Part shown: in pieces, positions 25,962 to 39,577 of the stretch
How the letters are laid out: each line of letters starts with the position of its first letter
Numbering within the stretch: the stretch's first letter is position 1
From: Octopus sinensis
Taxonomy: Eukaryota
Direction of reading: 5' to 3'
NCBI RefSeq assembly: GCF_006345805.1
Contig: NC_043011.1
Span: forward strand, 1,240,001-1,304,000
DNA: 64,000 nt
Program-made: the position numbers and the translations under genes
The notes under the pieces: generated by a model
The model's database searches: none
The model's input: only the letters and a program-made list of their open reading frames with translations
What the model was told of the DNA's origin: nothing

Positions 25962-26170
25962 ATATCAACATTAGAAATTTCTTAGAGAGAGAAAGTAAAT
26001 TTGATTGATCTAATGGCTGGTGAATTTAGCTTTTCCAAAATCTGAATTCATAATTAAGACCATTTTAGTCTACTTTGTCACCTTTTACGTGTTAGAATAT
26101 TTGCTTTCTTTTCTTGTATTTGTTGTAAGAGAGAACTGTAATGCGGGGAAATAAGATATGGTTCACTTAC

Positions 26171-26197
26171 CTTTTTGTTGTTGGCTGTCCAGCTGTA
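26171..26197 (-). CDS. Candidate 27-nt micro-exon of an unidentified - strand transcript
   Basis: TTTTTTATACTTAG|TACAGCTGGACAGCCAACAACAAAAAG|GTAAGT; frame-preserving, open in all three frames. Confidence 0.4.
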
Positions 26198-26469
26198 CTA
26201 AGTATAAAAAACATGTGCCCTACCCATCACACCTAATGTTAGCAGTTGCAGCTACCAATCTCACTAGCTCGTTCCACTTATATCCATTTGTAGTGAATGC
26301 ACCAGGCTGAAGGAGGATGAGCCTCATCTTGCTTCCCTCATTTCCTCTCTTCCCCTTCCTGTTCCGGTCAGGCCCCTTGACCATTGACGTCACAGCCCTT
26401 TCTGGCTCATCTCATCCCACATGCACCCCTGATCTAAAAGATCACCTCCTCACTTCACCCTATTTCAAA

Positions 26470-27900
26470 ATCTGCCATCCACTCAGGTGGACACCACACA
26501 TGCTGTGATCTCTGTAGGGAAGGAGCCTTGTTTATGAACATCCAAGATATGATGCAGTATTCCATCCTCAGAAACGGTATTTTTAGAATTAACAGCCGTC
26601 ATTATTCCTCTGTTCCACTGAGATGTGCAGTTTGCCTTCGGGGGCTTGACCCAGACTTCATCTTCCACCTCCACAAAGACAAGCCCTCTCTCTTTCGCAG
26701 GGCATTCTAATGGTTTACTTGGATGCCACCATTCATATCTGAATATTACTCTGTGTGGCATGGACTCTTCAGCCTGTCCTGATCGGGATGACATATTGTA
26801 CCAGTTTACTGCTTCCAGTGGTGAGATGTGCCCTCTCTCTGCTTTGGCCTTCATCATTCAATGATGTCTTTGCTGTAAGCTGCTCTGAATAAGTGGTACA
26901 CGTTCACTTATGAAGCATCTTCCTCAGTATCTCCAAATGAAATGCCGTACCATTGACCATCAGCAATTCCAGGAATATCTTATTATGGGTATGTGCAATC
27001 TCGTCTGCAGTGCCCGTCTTCATTTCCCTCCAAATGTCCATCTGATCTGGTCCACAGTCAACCATCTAGGGATACGTCTCCTGCTGGTAGTGTGTTGCAT
27101 CCTCCACCAATCATCTCCTGTTGTGAACTCCCGAGATGCTTCCCTGCTTCTGCATACCTGGAGCAGGGTCGATGGATTGACACCCATCACTGTTCCTTAC
27201 TACCTTTTGGATGCTCTGTCTAGTAATATCAGTATCAATCTTCCTGGCAAAATACAGGGTTCCATCCATGCCCATATGATGCATGCATGCATGCAGTCTC
27301 CTTAGTTCTGAGTCACTTAATCAACTATCTCCTGCTTTGAATCTTCTGGCTCTGCCAACCAGGCCTTTTTCCGCCTGGTTAGAATGTCTTCCTTGTTCCT
27401 TTCTAAAGGCACGAAGACCACACTCAGCCTCAAACAAAATCCAGCAGCTAGCTCTCCTAGAACCTCTAGAACATCCCTGTAGCCCCTTTGGTTTGAACCC
27501 TCTTTTCATCGGTGATCACTGATCCTATACACCAAAGCACAATGGCTAAATCGGTTAAGATTTTGATGGAATGCAGCTCCCATTTCAGGGCCAGATTCAC
27601 CCCTTTCAGCACTGCATTCAACTCAGCCATGTTGATATGGTTGTAATCATCTGCTATTCAAAGCCAGGCCACTCCCTCTCATGTTGCAGACTCATGGTGC
27701 ATGACGTCCCTGCATCACCAAATGAAACCACGTTTCTGCCAACATTGACACCTCCAAGGGGGTTGATCCCATCAATTCCATCTATCACATGGTCAATCAC
27801 AATCACCTACAGCCTCAGTGTTGTGCCCTGCACCACTATCTTCACATCGCTGCTACCCTTACATCCAATTTCACTGCCATTGACCACCTGAACACTACTT
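26470..27900 (-). mobile_element. Decayed Gypsy-like LTR retrotransposon pol (RNase H and integrase)
   Basis: - strand peptides HINMAELNAVLKGVNLALKW (RNase H), CQSIDPAP, MVDCGP, LLMVNGTAF, FRAAY, VWVKPP (integrase); many stops; no LTRs found. Confidence 0.8.
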
Positions 27901-27959
27901 GTTCCCTTCCATTTTTTTTTGTCACCCTCAGGGTCATGAGTTTTTTTACACTAACTTTG

Positions 27960-28627
27960 GGAGAAGCCTTTTTGGTAAAAAAAAATATAAACATTTTCAG
28001 ACAAAAAGGTGTGTGATTTAAGGAAGACTTGGCTGTTGTTTCTAGCATATCCCATGACCACCTTCATCATTTCTTTGTCACTCTCACATGTTTTGATGTT
28101 TTTCAATATTTTTCTCCCCTTAGGCACATTTTATGGTTTGATGTGGAAGTAACACACAGGTAGTACATTACTGGAATATAAGCATAACGAAGAAAGAAAT
28201 TGTAATTAAAATTTTTATGCCCCCTCCTCACTGAAGCAAGCAAGGCTGTGTGCGTGTAATAAAAATCATATTTGCTGACATAAGTATGCTATTAAAATAA
28301 ATTATCTTTTACATACCTCTTTTTTAAAATCACTGCGGATAAATGCCAGTAATGACCTCAGGCTCTCCAATATTTTAAAATTATAAACAGAAATAATTTG
28401 GGGAAGTGTTGTAAAAAACCATAAAGTTTCAAATATTTTTTTACTAGCATAAATTTGTTTATGGGGAGAAAAATATTGAAAAACATCAATACATGTGATG
28501 ATTACAAAGAAATGTGGAAGCTGGTCTTGGGATGTGCTAGAAACAACAACCAAATCTTCCTTAAATCACACACCTTTTTGTCTGAAAATATTTACGATTT
28601 TTTTTTTTCACTGAAAAGGCATCTCCC
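27960..28627. repeat. Diverged inverted repeat (about 160-bp arms 27960-28119 and 28463-28627), probable DNA-element remnant
   Basis: Shared core TTTTCAGACAAAAAGGTGTGTGATTTAAGGAAGA and its reverse complement. Confidence 0.8.
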
Positions 28628-29926
28628 ATGGTTTATAGGTGCATAGTACTAAAAAATTGGTCAAAATTTGTCTGCAGGGTGGTTCTAAGGTGGGGTGAAG
28701 TGAAAAAGAATCATAAATTTTCCAAAACTTTTTTTCATAAAACGATGCCCCACCCTGCTATCATTTCAATGGACATGGTGAAAAAGAAAATAGGAAAATT
28801 CCCCATCAAAACAGAGAAATTCCAACTTATGTGAACATCCTGATTCAAAATTCCACCCAAATGCCACTGGTGTATCAAGCGGGGTTCCACATGCTGGTCT
28901 GATTGGCACAGCAAGGTGGAAGGAATATTGGCACTAAAACATTGATAAGTACATATGTGTTTGCATGCATTATAACCTTTTGATAATGTACCCTAACACT
29001 AACCCTTATGACAGCCTTGCTTCTAATCTCTGTCAGAACTGGGCACAAATGGCTCTGGAATCCAGGCATAGAATCAAATAGTACCAAGGAGGTAAGGGGT
29101 CACAGGATTAAAATTTCTCATCTCTCCTAAATTGCATAAATAAAGAATGTTGATTAATATATTTTTTTCTATTTAATGAATTATATGACGATGAATCTGA
29201 ACTTCATGCAGCTTCGCACTACTTAAATATTCCACTACAACTCCTAAACCACACACAAAATAGAAAAAACTATCATGTAAAGATGAGAATTTTCAGAGAC
29301 TTACATTCAAAATACAAACTGTTTTAAATTGGCATACATTTAACGATAATCACACAGTCACCCACCTGCTTCTAGCTTTTATTATCAGAAATCTAAAAGA
29401 GTTATTGTTATATGTATTTGTTTTATCAGATATTTTATAGATATGGCTGCTTTTCCAGACTGATTCTCACAATTGATTAAGCTTCATCGGTTTCAACCAC
29501 TATCAGTTAATCACATTTGAGCCCTGATCCTCCAAACAATATGATACGTGTTCTTAATTAGATCTATAAAACGTTCTAAAATATTCGTGGGAAAAAATTT
29601 CAAACCAGAACTACTAGATATAAAACAAAACACCCTAGTGCGACACCAGACTTATATATACTTGCCAAGCTATACACAGGAGGTTGACAATATAAATGTA
29701 AGTACCTCAGCTCCTCCAACTCGAAGAGGCTTTCAAAGATTACTACTTCAGTGTTAAGGCAATGATTTTAATATTATCACTTTTGCTATTATAGTTCTGT
29801 GACAAGTATCATTAACAGATAACCTGGCATCAAAAATTTAATGCCACAAATAATGTGCATCTACATAAACTTGGACAACTGAGATATGAAGAATTAAAGC
29901 TATAACTTGAAAACATAATGAGTAAA

Positions 29927-30213
29927 AGAGTGGGCTGAAAAGTTAATAGGCTGATTATGAAAGAGTGGTGCTATAGTAATGAAATCTTGCATGCATTAAT
30001 TTCAACTTGTCTTATTAATAACTGCATTGTTTCTTCCCAAGTAAAAGGAACTAGTAGCAACCTCTCTTAAAAAGGGACAAACTTTGGCACCATGATGTTA
30101 TTAAATATCTGCAGAAAAGAGGTTCAGCCAAAACCCACCAACTCCACCCCTAATTTGGTCATATTCCATGAGAGTATCTTGGTAAGCCAATGAACTTTTC
30201 AGCCAACCCTCAT
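29927..30213. mobile_element. Short non-autonomous mariner-type element; related remnant at about 47238-47720
   Basis: Degenerate TIRs GGGCTGAAAAGTT / AACTTTTCAGCCAACCCTCATA. Confidence 0.55.
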
Positions 30214-30990
30214 AAAACAGTTTTGAACAGAATGTGAATAAGCTAGTAACCCATTTCTATATCTACTTAGTCAGTTTCCTTCCACAAATATTTGAGATGG
30301 CTTGCAATGATGCAATCCTAGTACTAACTAATTAGCCATGTAAACGATTAAGTATGTGAGTGATTCAGCATTTGAGCAACTAAGCAAACAGGTGATCAGG
30401 CTACGAGCTAGTAAAGGCGGCGAGCTGGCAGAAATGTTAGCACGCTGGGCAAAATGCTTAGCGTTATTTCGTCTGCCGCTACATTCTGAGTTCAAATTCC
30501 GCTGAGGTTGACTCTACCTTTCATCCTTTCGAGGTCAATTAAATAAGTACTAGTTACACACTGGAGTCGATATAATCGACTTAATCCGTTTGTCTGTCCT
30601 TGTTTGTCCTCTCTGTGTTTATCCCCTTGTGGATAGTAAAGAGATAGGTGATCAGGCTACATGGGTGGTTATGTGAAAGATTAACTATATGAGACACTAA
30701 CAATGTAAGTATCTTCCTAGGTGAATGATTAGTCATAGGAGTTAATGGTCATTTGGGCATTTGTAAGAAAATTGCTATGCAGAGGAACTGCAATACTGGT
30801 GAATTGCTGAGTTTGCTAAACACATATATTGTTATTAGAAAAGTGGTCCTTATTCATTGCAGAAAGCACATCAATTTACACCTTGTTGTGCATATATCAG
30901 GTATTTTTCTTAATCAAAACATGTAGATATAATTAAATTTTAGAAATTTAGGAAGTACAACATTGAATAAAATAAAACAAGAAATTATTC

Positions 30991-31193
30991 GTGAGGTATA
31001 CTTGCCATCTCAATATGGCTAACCACTAAGGGTGGGTGTTACTGTTGCTTGTAGCCCCAGGAGAACATCGTCTTCAGCTGGCTTTAGAAAGTGTGCCTAA
31101 AGCCAGCTGGAGACGATGTTCTCCTGGAGCTACAAGCTACAGTAACACCCACCCTTAGTGGTTAGCCATATTGAGATGGCAAGTATACCTCAC
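30991..31193. repeat. 203-bp fold-back (97-bp arms, 9-nt loop, about 3 mismatches)
   Basis: Direct reverse-complement comparison; inner part resembles the TIR of 22755-23313. Confidence 0.9.
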
Positions 31194-31588
31194 ATTGTTG
31201 TGCAGTTACTGTTTATACCTCATTCAGAGATTTATTATTGCTTGCAAGAAATTATTCATAATTGATCAATTAAGTAAAGAACTGCATCATGAACATCGAT
31301 ATCCATCATCACTCCTTACCAGCAACACCAAAGAATATCAATTACAACCAACCATCATACTTAACAACATGAACATGCAATACATACACAGAAGACAAAA
31401 AATACTATGACGAACATTTATACATGCAATAAGCCTGGATCAGCACCACCAGTGTTAAGTGCAACAGGACAGCAGCTGCTATAATCTGACTTGGATCAAG
31501 TTCATATTAACCTTTTCAGTGATAACCAACAGAATTCACTGGTGTATGAAATCAAACCAGACACTGGTAAAAAAAAATATCTCATGTG

Positions 31589-31852
31589 GAGGCACATGCC
31601 TAGTGGTTAGAGCAGTGGATTCACGGTCGAGGGATCGCTGGTTTGAATCTCAGACCGGGCGATGTGTGTGTTTATGAGTGAAAACACCTAAGTTTCTCGA
31701 GGCTCCGGCGAAGGTAACGGCAAACTTCTGCTGACTCTTTCACCACAACTTCCTCTCACTCTTTCCTCCTGCATCTTGCAGCTCACCTGCGATGGACCAG
31801 TGTCCCATCCAGGTGGGGAACCTATACGCCAAGAAACCGGGAAACCAGCCCT
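31589..31852 (+). mobile_element. tRNA-derived SINE, family B, 3'-truncated
   Basis: tRNA-like head GGAGGCACATGCCTAGTGGTTAGAGC; body homologous to 9906-10217. Confidence 0.75.
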
Positions 31853-33907
31853 TTATTAATGGCAGTGCATCAGCATGGCCACAGCTCTGAGCTGAAACTA
31901 AAAAAAAACTAAAAAAAAAAAAGTATTATATGACAAAGCAGTTCATGTCAGAGTCCATTACCCCATTTCATACATGGAATAACAAGAACAATGAATTTAT
32001 GGATTTCACTTCATGTAACTGATTAACCTGCAATCTATAAGTTGGCCTTGTAAAGGCTGACCTGAATCTATGCAACAACAACAATAATAAATATTGTGGC
32101 TATATAAAATAACAGAGGAAAAATATCACATTGCTGCAAAAGATATCAATTGTCATTATGAATAATGATCATTTTGAAAATGCAAAACTCAACACAACAG
32201 AACTGTAAATACAAACAAATGTTCCCATCAGAAAATCAAGTACAAAAATTTAGGAGAGATGAGAGATTTTAATCCTGTGACCCCTTACCTCCTTGGTACT
32301 ATTTGATTCTATGCCTGGATTCCAGAGCTATTTGTGCCCAGTTCTGACAGAGATTAGAAGCAAGGCTGTCATAAGGGTTAGTGTTAGGGTACATTATCAA
32401 AAGGTTATAATGCATGCAAACACATATGTACTTATCAATGTTTTAGTGCCAATATTCCTTCCACCTTGCTGTGCCAATCAGACCAGCATGTGGAACCCCT
32501 CTTGATGCACCAGAGGCATTTGGGTGGAATTTGTTGTAAAGAAATACTTATGGGATACTTTACTGATTTAAAAAAAGATATTTGCTTTGATGTGTGTTTT
32601 TTTTTTAAAGAAAAACACAATATCTATTTAAACCATTCAAGAAGTTCAAGAAAAAAATATATCTTCTTACATTAAGTAGCATAGAAGTTATATTTGATCA
32701 TCTGTGTCTGAAACATGTAGTAAAAACAAACTTGTATTCTCAATAACTCTGCTTTACTGCAAAGTTTTAGCAAAGATATCTGAGGATGGTAGAGCATCAA
32801 GACATGCTATATTTATAAATACATCAATGTATATATTTATCAAAGGATGTATGAAAATAAGCTCAGGAAGCATCATGGATGAATTATTTCATGTATCTTT
32901 GGAACAGCTTATTATATGAGTAATTCAAGATCATTACTGATCAAAATAGAATGATATCAGAAATTCTTGATTACTCTTTTTTTCTTTTACTTTTATACTT
33001 GTTTCAGTCATTTGACTGGGGCCATGCTGGAGCACCGCCTTTAATCGAGCAACTCGACCCCGGGACTTATTCTTTTGTAAGCCCAGTACTTATTCTATCG
33101 GCCTCTTTTGCCGAACCACTAAGTAACAGGGACATAAACACACCAGCATCGGTTGTCAAGCAATGCTAGAGGGACAAACACAGACACACAAACACATACA
33201 CACGCATATATATATATATACATATATACGATGGGCTTCTTTCAGTTTCCGTCTACCAAATCCACTCACAAGGCATTGGTCTGCCCAAGGTGCCATGCAG
33301 TGGGACTGAACCCGGAACCATGTGGTTGGTAAACAAGCTACTTACCACACAGCCACTCCTGCGCCTATTGGAAAAGAAATAGCAACATTAGAAATAGTAA
33401 AACAAGTTAGGAAAATAAAAATAAGAAAAACTTCTGACAATATTTCCACCAAAATTACCATGCACCTGACGAAAAATTTAAAAAAGAAACATACATAGTA
33501 TTGTTCAGTAAGATTTCAGTTGAATGCAGCTAATATTTTAAATGACAAACAAATTGATGGGTGTTTTTATGTTGCTCTCTGTAATACATTAGAAATGTAT
33601 ATGCCCAAATATGGAGAATTATGACATGGTAGCTGATTGGCAATAAAGCTATTTGGTTATTTAGAAAACGTTCAGATTGCATCACTTATTTTTTCAGTGA
33701 GTGAGTAGATGAATAGGGTTGATAGTATCAGCACTTAGCCATGTAAATAATATCGTGTATAATGTTTATGGTCAGTTGATTTGAATTAAGCCAATGTGAC
33801 ATATAGATTAAGGATAAGGAAAAAATATCTAGGAGTAAGCTCAAGAAAACCAAATAGTAAGGTTTGTGCTAACATACTTCATTAGTAATGAACTAATTTT
33901 AATTATA

Positions 33908-36213
33908 CATGGAGAATGAATGGGAGGAGAATCTGCCAAAGGTTGACCCAATTGAGGGACCAGCTATCCGAATTGACAGTACCCTGGTAGATAAAGCAGT
34001 TAAGGATATGAAGACAGGGAAAGTACCTGGCCCATCAGGAATCACCGCTGAGATGCTTAAAATATTGGGCGGTGTAGGTTATGGTCTTGTCACCTGCTTC
34101 TTAAATCAGGTAGTTCATGAAGGAGTCATACCCAATGACTGGTGTAGCAGTACCATAGTCAACTGCTACAAAGGTAAAGGTGATACTTTAGATAGAAATA
34201 ACTACAGGGTTATCAAATTATTGGATCAGGTGATGAAAGTTACAGAGAGAGTCATAGCCCAACTAATTAGGGAGAGAGTTAGCCTAGATTAGATGCAGTT
34301 TTATTTTGTACCTGGCAGAAACACCACTGATGCTATATTTCTGGTAAGGCAACTACAGGAGAAATATCTAGCCAACGATAAACCTCAGTACTTGGCTTTT
34401 GTTAACTTAGAGAAAGTCTTTGACAGGGTCCCCCAATTCCTTTTCTGGTGGGTGATGCAGAAACTGGGGAATGGTTAATAAGGGCTGTACAGGCCCTATA
34501 CAGGGATGCTGTCAGTAAGGTGAGGGTTGGCAATGAGTATAGTGAAAAATTCTGAGTAAAAGTTGATGTTTACCAAAGATTAGTCCTCAATTGCTTGTTA
34601 TTCATTATAGTCCTCCAAGCAAAAACAGAGGAATTCAAGACAGGCTGCCCCTGGGAGCTCCTCTATGCTGATGAACTTGTTCTAATAGCTGAGTCACTGC
34701 CAGAACTAGAGATGAAGTTTAGGGTGTGGAAGCAAGGTCTAGAATCAAATGGCCTCAGGGTTAACCTAGCAAAAACCAAAGTCTTAACAAGTAGGAAGGC
34801 CGACAAATCACAAATTCCTTGAGTTAAATGGCCCTGCTCGATCTGTAGAAAAGGTGTAAGTAGAAACTCCATACAATGTACCCAGTGTAAGGTAGGGACA
34901 CATAAAAGGTGCAGCAATATCAAGGGAAGGTTAACTGGGAAGATAGTTTTCATGTGAGACAGATGCACAGGGGCAATAAACATTGAAGATGTACAGAAAA
35001 CAGATTCCATCACATGCCAGAGGGAAAACTAGAAGTAGTTGATAGTTTCCGCTACCTAGATGACCAAGTCTGTAGTGGGGGTGGTTGTTCTGTGAGTGTA
35101 GCAGCTAGAATAAGAATAGCCTGGACAAAGTTCAGGGAGCTCCTACCTCTACTGGCAACTAAAGGCCTCTCGCTCAGGATGAATGGTAGACTATATGATG
35201 CATGTGTGCAAACTACCATGCTACACAGCAGTGAAACATGGGCCATGACTGCTGAGGACATGTGCAGGCTTGAAAGAAACGAAGCTAGTGTGATCCACTA
35301 GATGTGTAATGTCAGTGTGCATATACGACAGAATGTAAGCACCCTGAGAGAAAAATTGGGACATAAGAAGCATCAAATGGAGTGTGCAAGAGAGACGACT
35401 GCGCTGGTATGGTTATATGTTATGTATGGATGAGGACAGCTGTGTGAGGAAGTGCCATACCCTAACTGTGGAAAGAACCTGTTGAAGACCCAGGAAGACA
35501 TGTGATGAGGTGGTGAAGCATGACCTTCGAATGCTGGGCCTCAGAAAGATAATGACTGGAGGCTGAAACTTTTGGAGATATGATGTGATTGAGAAAACCC
35601 GAAAACTAAAGTGAGATTGCAGCCATGGCTGATGCCAGTTTTGCATGTCCAGCCCATCTAAAAGTACCCTTGATGTGTCAGGCGATATGGTGTGCTTGAG
35701 GAGACCTGCTCCAAAACCAAAATCGTAGCTGTGGCCAGTGCCCCCTGATTGGCTTCCATGCTGGTGGCACATAAAAAGCACCATTTGAGCATGGTCAATG
35801 CCAGGTCCACCTAACTGACTCCCATGCTGGTGACATGTAAAAAGCACCATCCAAACGTGTCCAGTGCCAGTGCTCCCTGATTGGCTCCCATGCTGGTGGC
35901 ATGTAAAAAGCACTATCCGAATATGATCAATGCTAGGGCTGCCTGACTGGGTCCCATGCTGGTGGCACACAAAAAGCACCAGCTGAACGTGGCCAGTGCC
36001 AGCGCCCCCTGACTGGCTCCTGTGATGGTAGCACATAAACAGCATTCACTACACTCTCGGAGTGGTTGGCGTTAGGAAGAGCATCCAGCTGTAGAAACAT
36101 TGCCAGATCAGATTGGAGCCTGGTGCAGTGGCTGGCTTTTCAGACCACAGTCAAACCGTCCAACCCATGCCAGCATGGAAAACGGATGTTAAACGATGAT
36201 AATGATGATGATG
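33908..36213 (+). mobile_element. RTE-clade LINE, older 5'-truncated copy with stops and frameshifts
   Basis: Fragments KVPGPSG, YKGKGD, STTDAIF-like NTTDAIF, AFVNLEKVFDRV, LYADEL; same 3' UTR modules and GAT tail as 19820-22697. Confidence 0.92.
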
Positions 36214-36683
36214 CATGGTGAGAAGAAAGAAGTAAAGCAAGAGAGACTCTTCTGAAATTTTAATTAATTAAGATTAATAAATCTTAGAAACAGAATGCTA
36301 GCAATTGAATGGGAAGTGAGTTTGAACTTGGCAGTATGATGTAAGTTTATAATTATTTTGATATTAATTTACCGTCCAACTTTTCAAAATTACATTTTCA
36401 CCAAAGAATACTGTTGTATGAAGGAAGTAAGGTAGATCAAAAGTTAAAGTTGTATGCATATAACATGACAATCATGGATAGGAAGGACTTAAGTACTGAT
36501 CTCTGAGGGAATAATTAGTTCATGATATACTGTAGATTTGAAGTTAAACAAGTAACAATAAAAAGATACAGCAAATATTAATGACAATTAAGGAAGAAAC
36601 AAGTGAAATTTTAAGGTAACCAGAGACTATATCAACCAAAATATATTTAAATAACACAAACAAAAGATGACAAATTGTTAATA

Positions 36684-37091
36684 TAGGCGCAGGAGTGGCT
36701 GTGTGGTAAGTAGCTTGCTAACCAACCACAGGGTTCCGGGTTAGGTCCCACTGTGTGGCACCTTGGGCAAGTGTCTTCTGCTATAGCCTCGGGCCGACCA
36801 ATGTCTTGTGAGTGGATTTGGTAGACGGAAACTGAAAGAAGCCCATCGTATATATGTATATATATATATGCGTGTGTGTGTTTGTGTGTCTGTGTTTGTC
36901 CCCTAGCATTGCTTGACAACTGATGCTGGTGTGTTTATGTCCCCGTTACTTAGCGGTTTGGCAAAAGAGACCAATAGAATAAGTACTGGGCTTACAAAAG
37001 AATAAGTCCTGGGGTCGAGTTGCTCGATTAAAGGTGGTGCTCCAGCATGGCCGCAGTCTAATGACTGAAACAAGTAAAAGAGTAAAGAGTA
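36684..37091 (+). mobile_element. SINE family C (tRNA-like head, internal TA/TG microsatellite, GAGTAAAA tail). Other copies: 32972-33367(-), 40462-40890(+), 42748-43156(+), 44502-44905(-), 56376-56765(-), 43480-44226(-, interrupted)
   Basis: At least seven mutually alignable copies in both orientations with shared head GGCGCAGGAGTGGCTGTGTGGTAAG. Confidence 0.85.
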
Positions 37092-37615
37092 TAACTAGAT
37101 TTTGTTGGATAATTCTTTGAGGAATAAAAATGTAAAGTAATATCTAAAACGAGATTTAAAAAGCAACTACATTGACTAATTTTGTTATTCTTATGACATA
37201 AGTACTTAGAAGGGGTAGGATAAACTATTATATTATATGATTTTATTCATGATGATCATTTCCATAAATCATTTATACCAATGTATAAATGATTATTTCC
37301 TGGTTTTTCATAATGACTGATGCCAAATTTATTTCCCTATCAGGAACATCTAAAGCTTGAAATTCATGTAGATTTATGTATTCCCTCAAGATGACAAGCT
37401 GATGAGAAACAGAGGCAACAATAAAATAAAGAATATATATGAAATTAGTGTTTTAGTTTTAACCAATGAAGCCTGTACTATTTGGACAATCTTTACAGTA
37501 AATTGTAATCATAAATGTCACTTTGAGCCTCAGAGGGTAATGATATTGTTGTTTGGTTCCAAATTCAATTACATTAACCAGTTGAGAGATAATTATTACT
37601 GTCAGTTTCTCACAG

Positions 37616-37717
37616 GTATCAATCCCAGATGATTTTATATGCATTCTTCCAGAAATAGGTGAACTGAAGTATGTTGATATAAGTTTCAATTTGCCTAGGG
37701 ATAATGAAAAGCCTGCA
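37616..37717 (+). CDS. Candidate coding exon (VSIPDDFICILPEIGELKYVDISFNLPRDNEKPA), product unknown
   Basis: Acceptor TTTCTCACAG, open frame, phase-0 donor CA|GTAAAT (weak; alternative AA|GTATGT at 37669). Confidence 0.35.
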
Positions 37718-39179
37718 GTAAATAGTGAATATGAACTCACAAGCATGAAGTCGATAGTTATAGTTACTATATTAACTCGCTATTTCAGACAGACTTTTCA
37801 GTCAAAGAACTAATTAAATAATTTCAAATTCTGGAGCCAAGTTAAATCTTGAGCAATTGAAGGTTAAAATTTACGATCAGTGTTAGTGCCACTGTAAATG
37901 GAGACATTATAACCTGACAGTAGATTTAAATGATATGAATAATATTAAGTGCAAGTTTATGGATTGTACTTTAATGATACTCTTGACACAGCTGTATCTG
38001 CACCAACAGTTAATTAGCCTATAATTCATATGATAAGTGTGATGGATGCAAAAGACTTACTCACTTTTACCGATTGAGAAGAAATTAGTTTCATCAGTAG
38101 CCAACTAAAATATTAAGTTACACCCAAATTATCATGCAGTTATTATTTTAGTTCATCATGTCACTTCTAATTATAGGTTAGCTTTTATTGTTTATTCAAA
38201 AAATTCTTATTACAATGTTTTCATTTTTTTTTTCTTGGCAATAATTGTATTTAGGAAATATATAACTACAAGAGAGAGAAAATCGTCAGAAGTGTTGTAG
38301 TTTTAGGTGTTGACTCTATGTAGAACTTTACTGAGAATATATTACTTCAGGTTTGTCATACTGTAATACAGCCTTCAGTTAAACATATGTAAGATGTACA
38401 TAATGTATCTCATGTGATAGAATGAACTGTAAAAGTTGTTATATATATATACTAATACACACAAACATACAAACACTCATAGAGAAATATATACATACAT
38501 ATACAAATCAAAATCGAAATCGATCAACATTAATGGAAATTGCAGCTGTGATACCAGTGCCGGTGGTATGTAAGTGAACCATCCAAACGTGGCCATTGCC
38601 AGTGCCGCCCCAACTGACCTCGTGCCGGTGGCACGTAAAAAGCACCATCCGATCGTGGCCGTTTGCCAGCCTCGTCTGGCACCTGTGCCGGTGGCACGTA
38701 AAAAGCACCCACTACACTCACGGAGTGGTTGGCGTTAGGAAGGGCATCCAGCCATAGAAACATTGCCAGATCAGACTGGGCCTGGGTGCAGCCTTCTGGC
38801 TTCCCAGACCCCAGTTGAACTGTCCAACCCATGCTAGCATGGAAAGCGGACTCTAAACGATGATGATGATGATACACATACACATCCACAGAGAGGTGAA
38901 AAAGCAATCCTAGAACATAGAAGTATGAAATTAAATATACTAGTCCAGCATTGTACCCAGGTGGTTATAAATATTCATTTTCATTTTAGAAAAGCTCTTT
39001 GCTGTCAATACTCAGGCCATGAGTGTGGTGTATGCGAGAGATTCAAAATAAAGGCACCTACCTTCTCTTCGCTCAGACGAAGACCTTTCAGCGGTAATGG
39101 ATCCTTCAATGCAGCCTGACCTGAACACTAGAAATAGCAGCTGCTTCTCCCCTACCTTAACAACGTGCTCACGCGTATT

Positions 39180-39325
39180 ACTCTCTCGGCGACCTCGATC
39201 AAAAAAGGCCGAATCCTGCCCTGCCTGTGCGCGTGTCACTCCTGCCCTGCCTGTGCGCGTGTCACTCCTGCCCCTTCCGGTCAGCCCCAAGTTCCGGTCA
39301 GATCCCCAGCTGCTGACGTCATCCC
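39180..39325. promoter_or_regulatory. CpG-rich promoter-like island (CRE site, two ETS-like sites, 26-bp tandem duplication)
   Basis: TGACGTCA 39314-39321; TTCCGGTCAG twice (about 39275 and 39292); - strand donors AG|GTAGGG (39155) and AG|GTAGGT (39061). Confidence 0.4.
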
Positions 39326-39385
39326 ACAATGAGAAGTTATAAATAAAATGTCCAAAACCATCATTATAATTTCTATTGTTTTCAG

Positions 39386-39577
39386 GCAGGGGTTTCCATA
39401 TTAGGTGAGTTTTTGAGTGTTATCATATTTAAAACAGGGAAACAGTAAAAAGCTATCTAGGAATAGTTATGCAGTTAGAAAAAAAAATATTAATGATATA
39501 TTATTTTCATTTTTCCAGAAATTTCAGAAGACAACTCCATACATGTTTTGGACTTAGACCTCTTCAGCAATACATAA
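39386..39577 (+). CDS. Candidate 19-nt micro-exon (39386-39404) plus terminal exon (39519-39577): AGVSILEISEDNSIHVLDLDLFSNT*
   Basis: TTTCTATTGTTTTCAG|19 nt|GTGAGT and TTATTTTCATTTTTCCAG|; phases are compatible and join in frame. Confidence 0.45.

Larger units (their letters stand above)
28848..32532. repeat. 286-bp inverted repeat pair (28848-29133 and 32247-32532), about 98% identical
   Basis: About five mismatches by eye; explains the twin ORFs 28875-29087(-) and 32293-32505(+). Confidence 0.9.

Noticed and set aside
31051-31110. CTGAAGA on the - strand of the 203-bp fold-back as a hammerhead core
   Set aside because: No GAAA or stem III follows, and the other arm reads CTGGAGA.
28875-32505. 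Twin 70-aa ORFs suggesting a duplicated gene
   Set aside because: By-product of the 286-bp inverted repeat; non-ATG starts and no recognisable motif.
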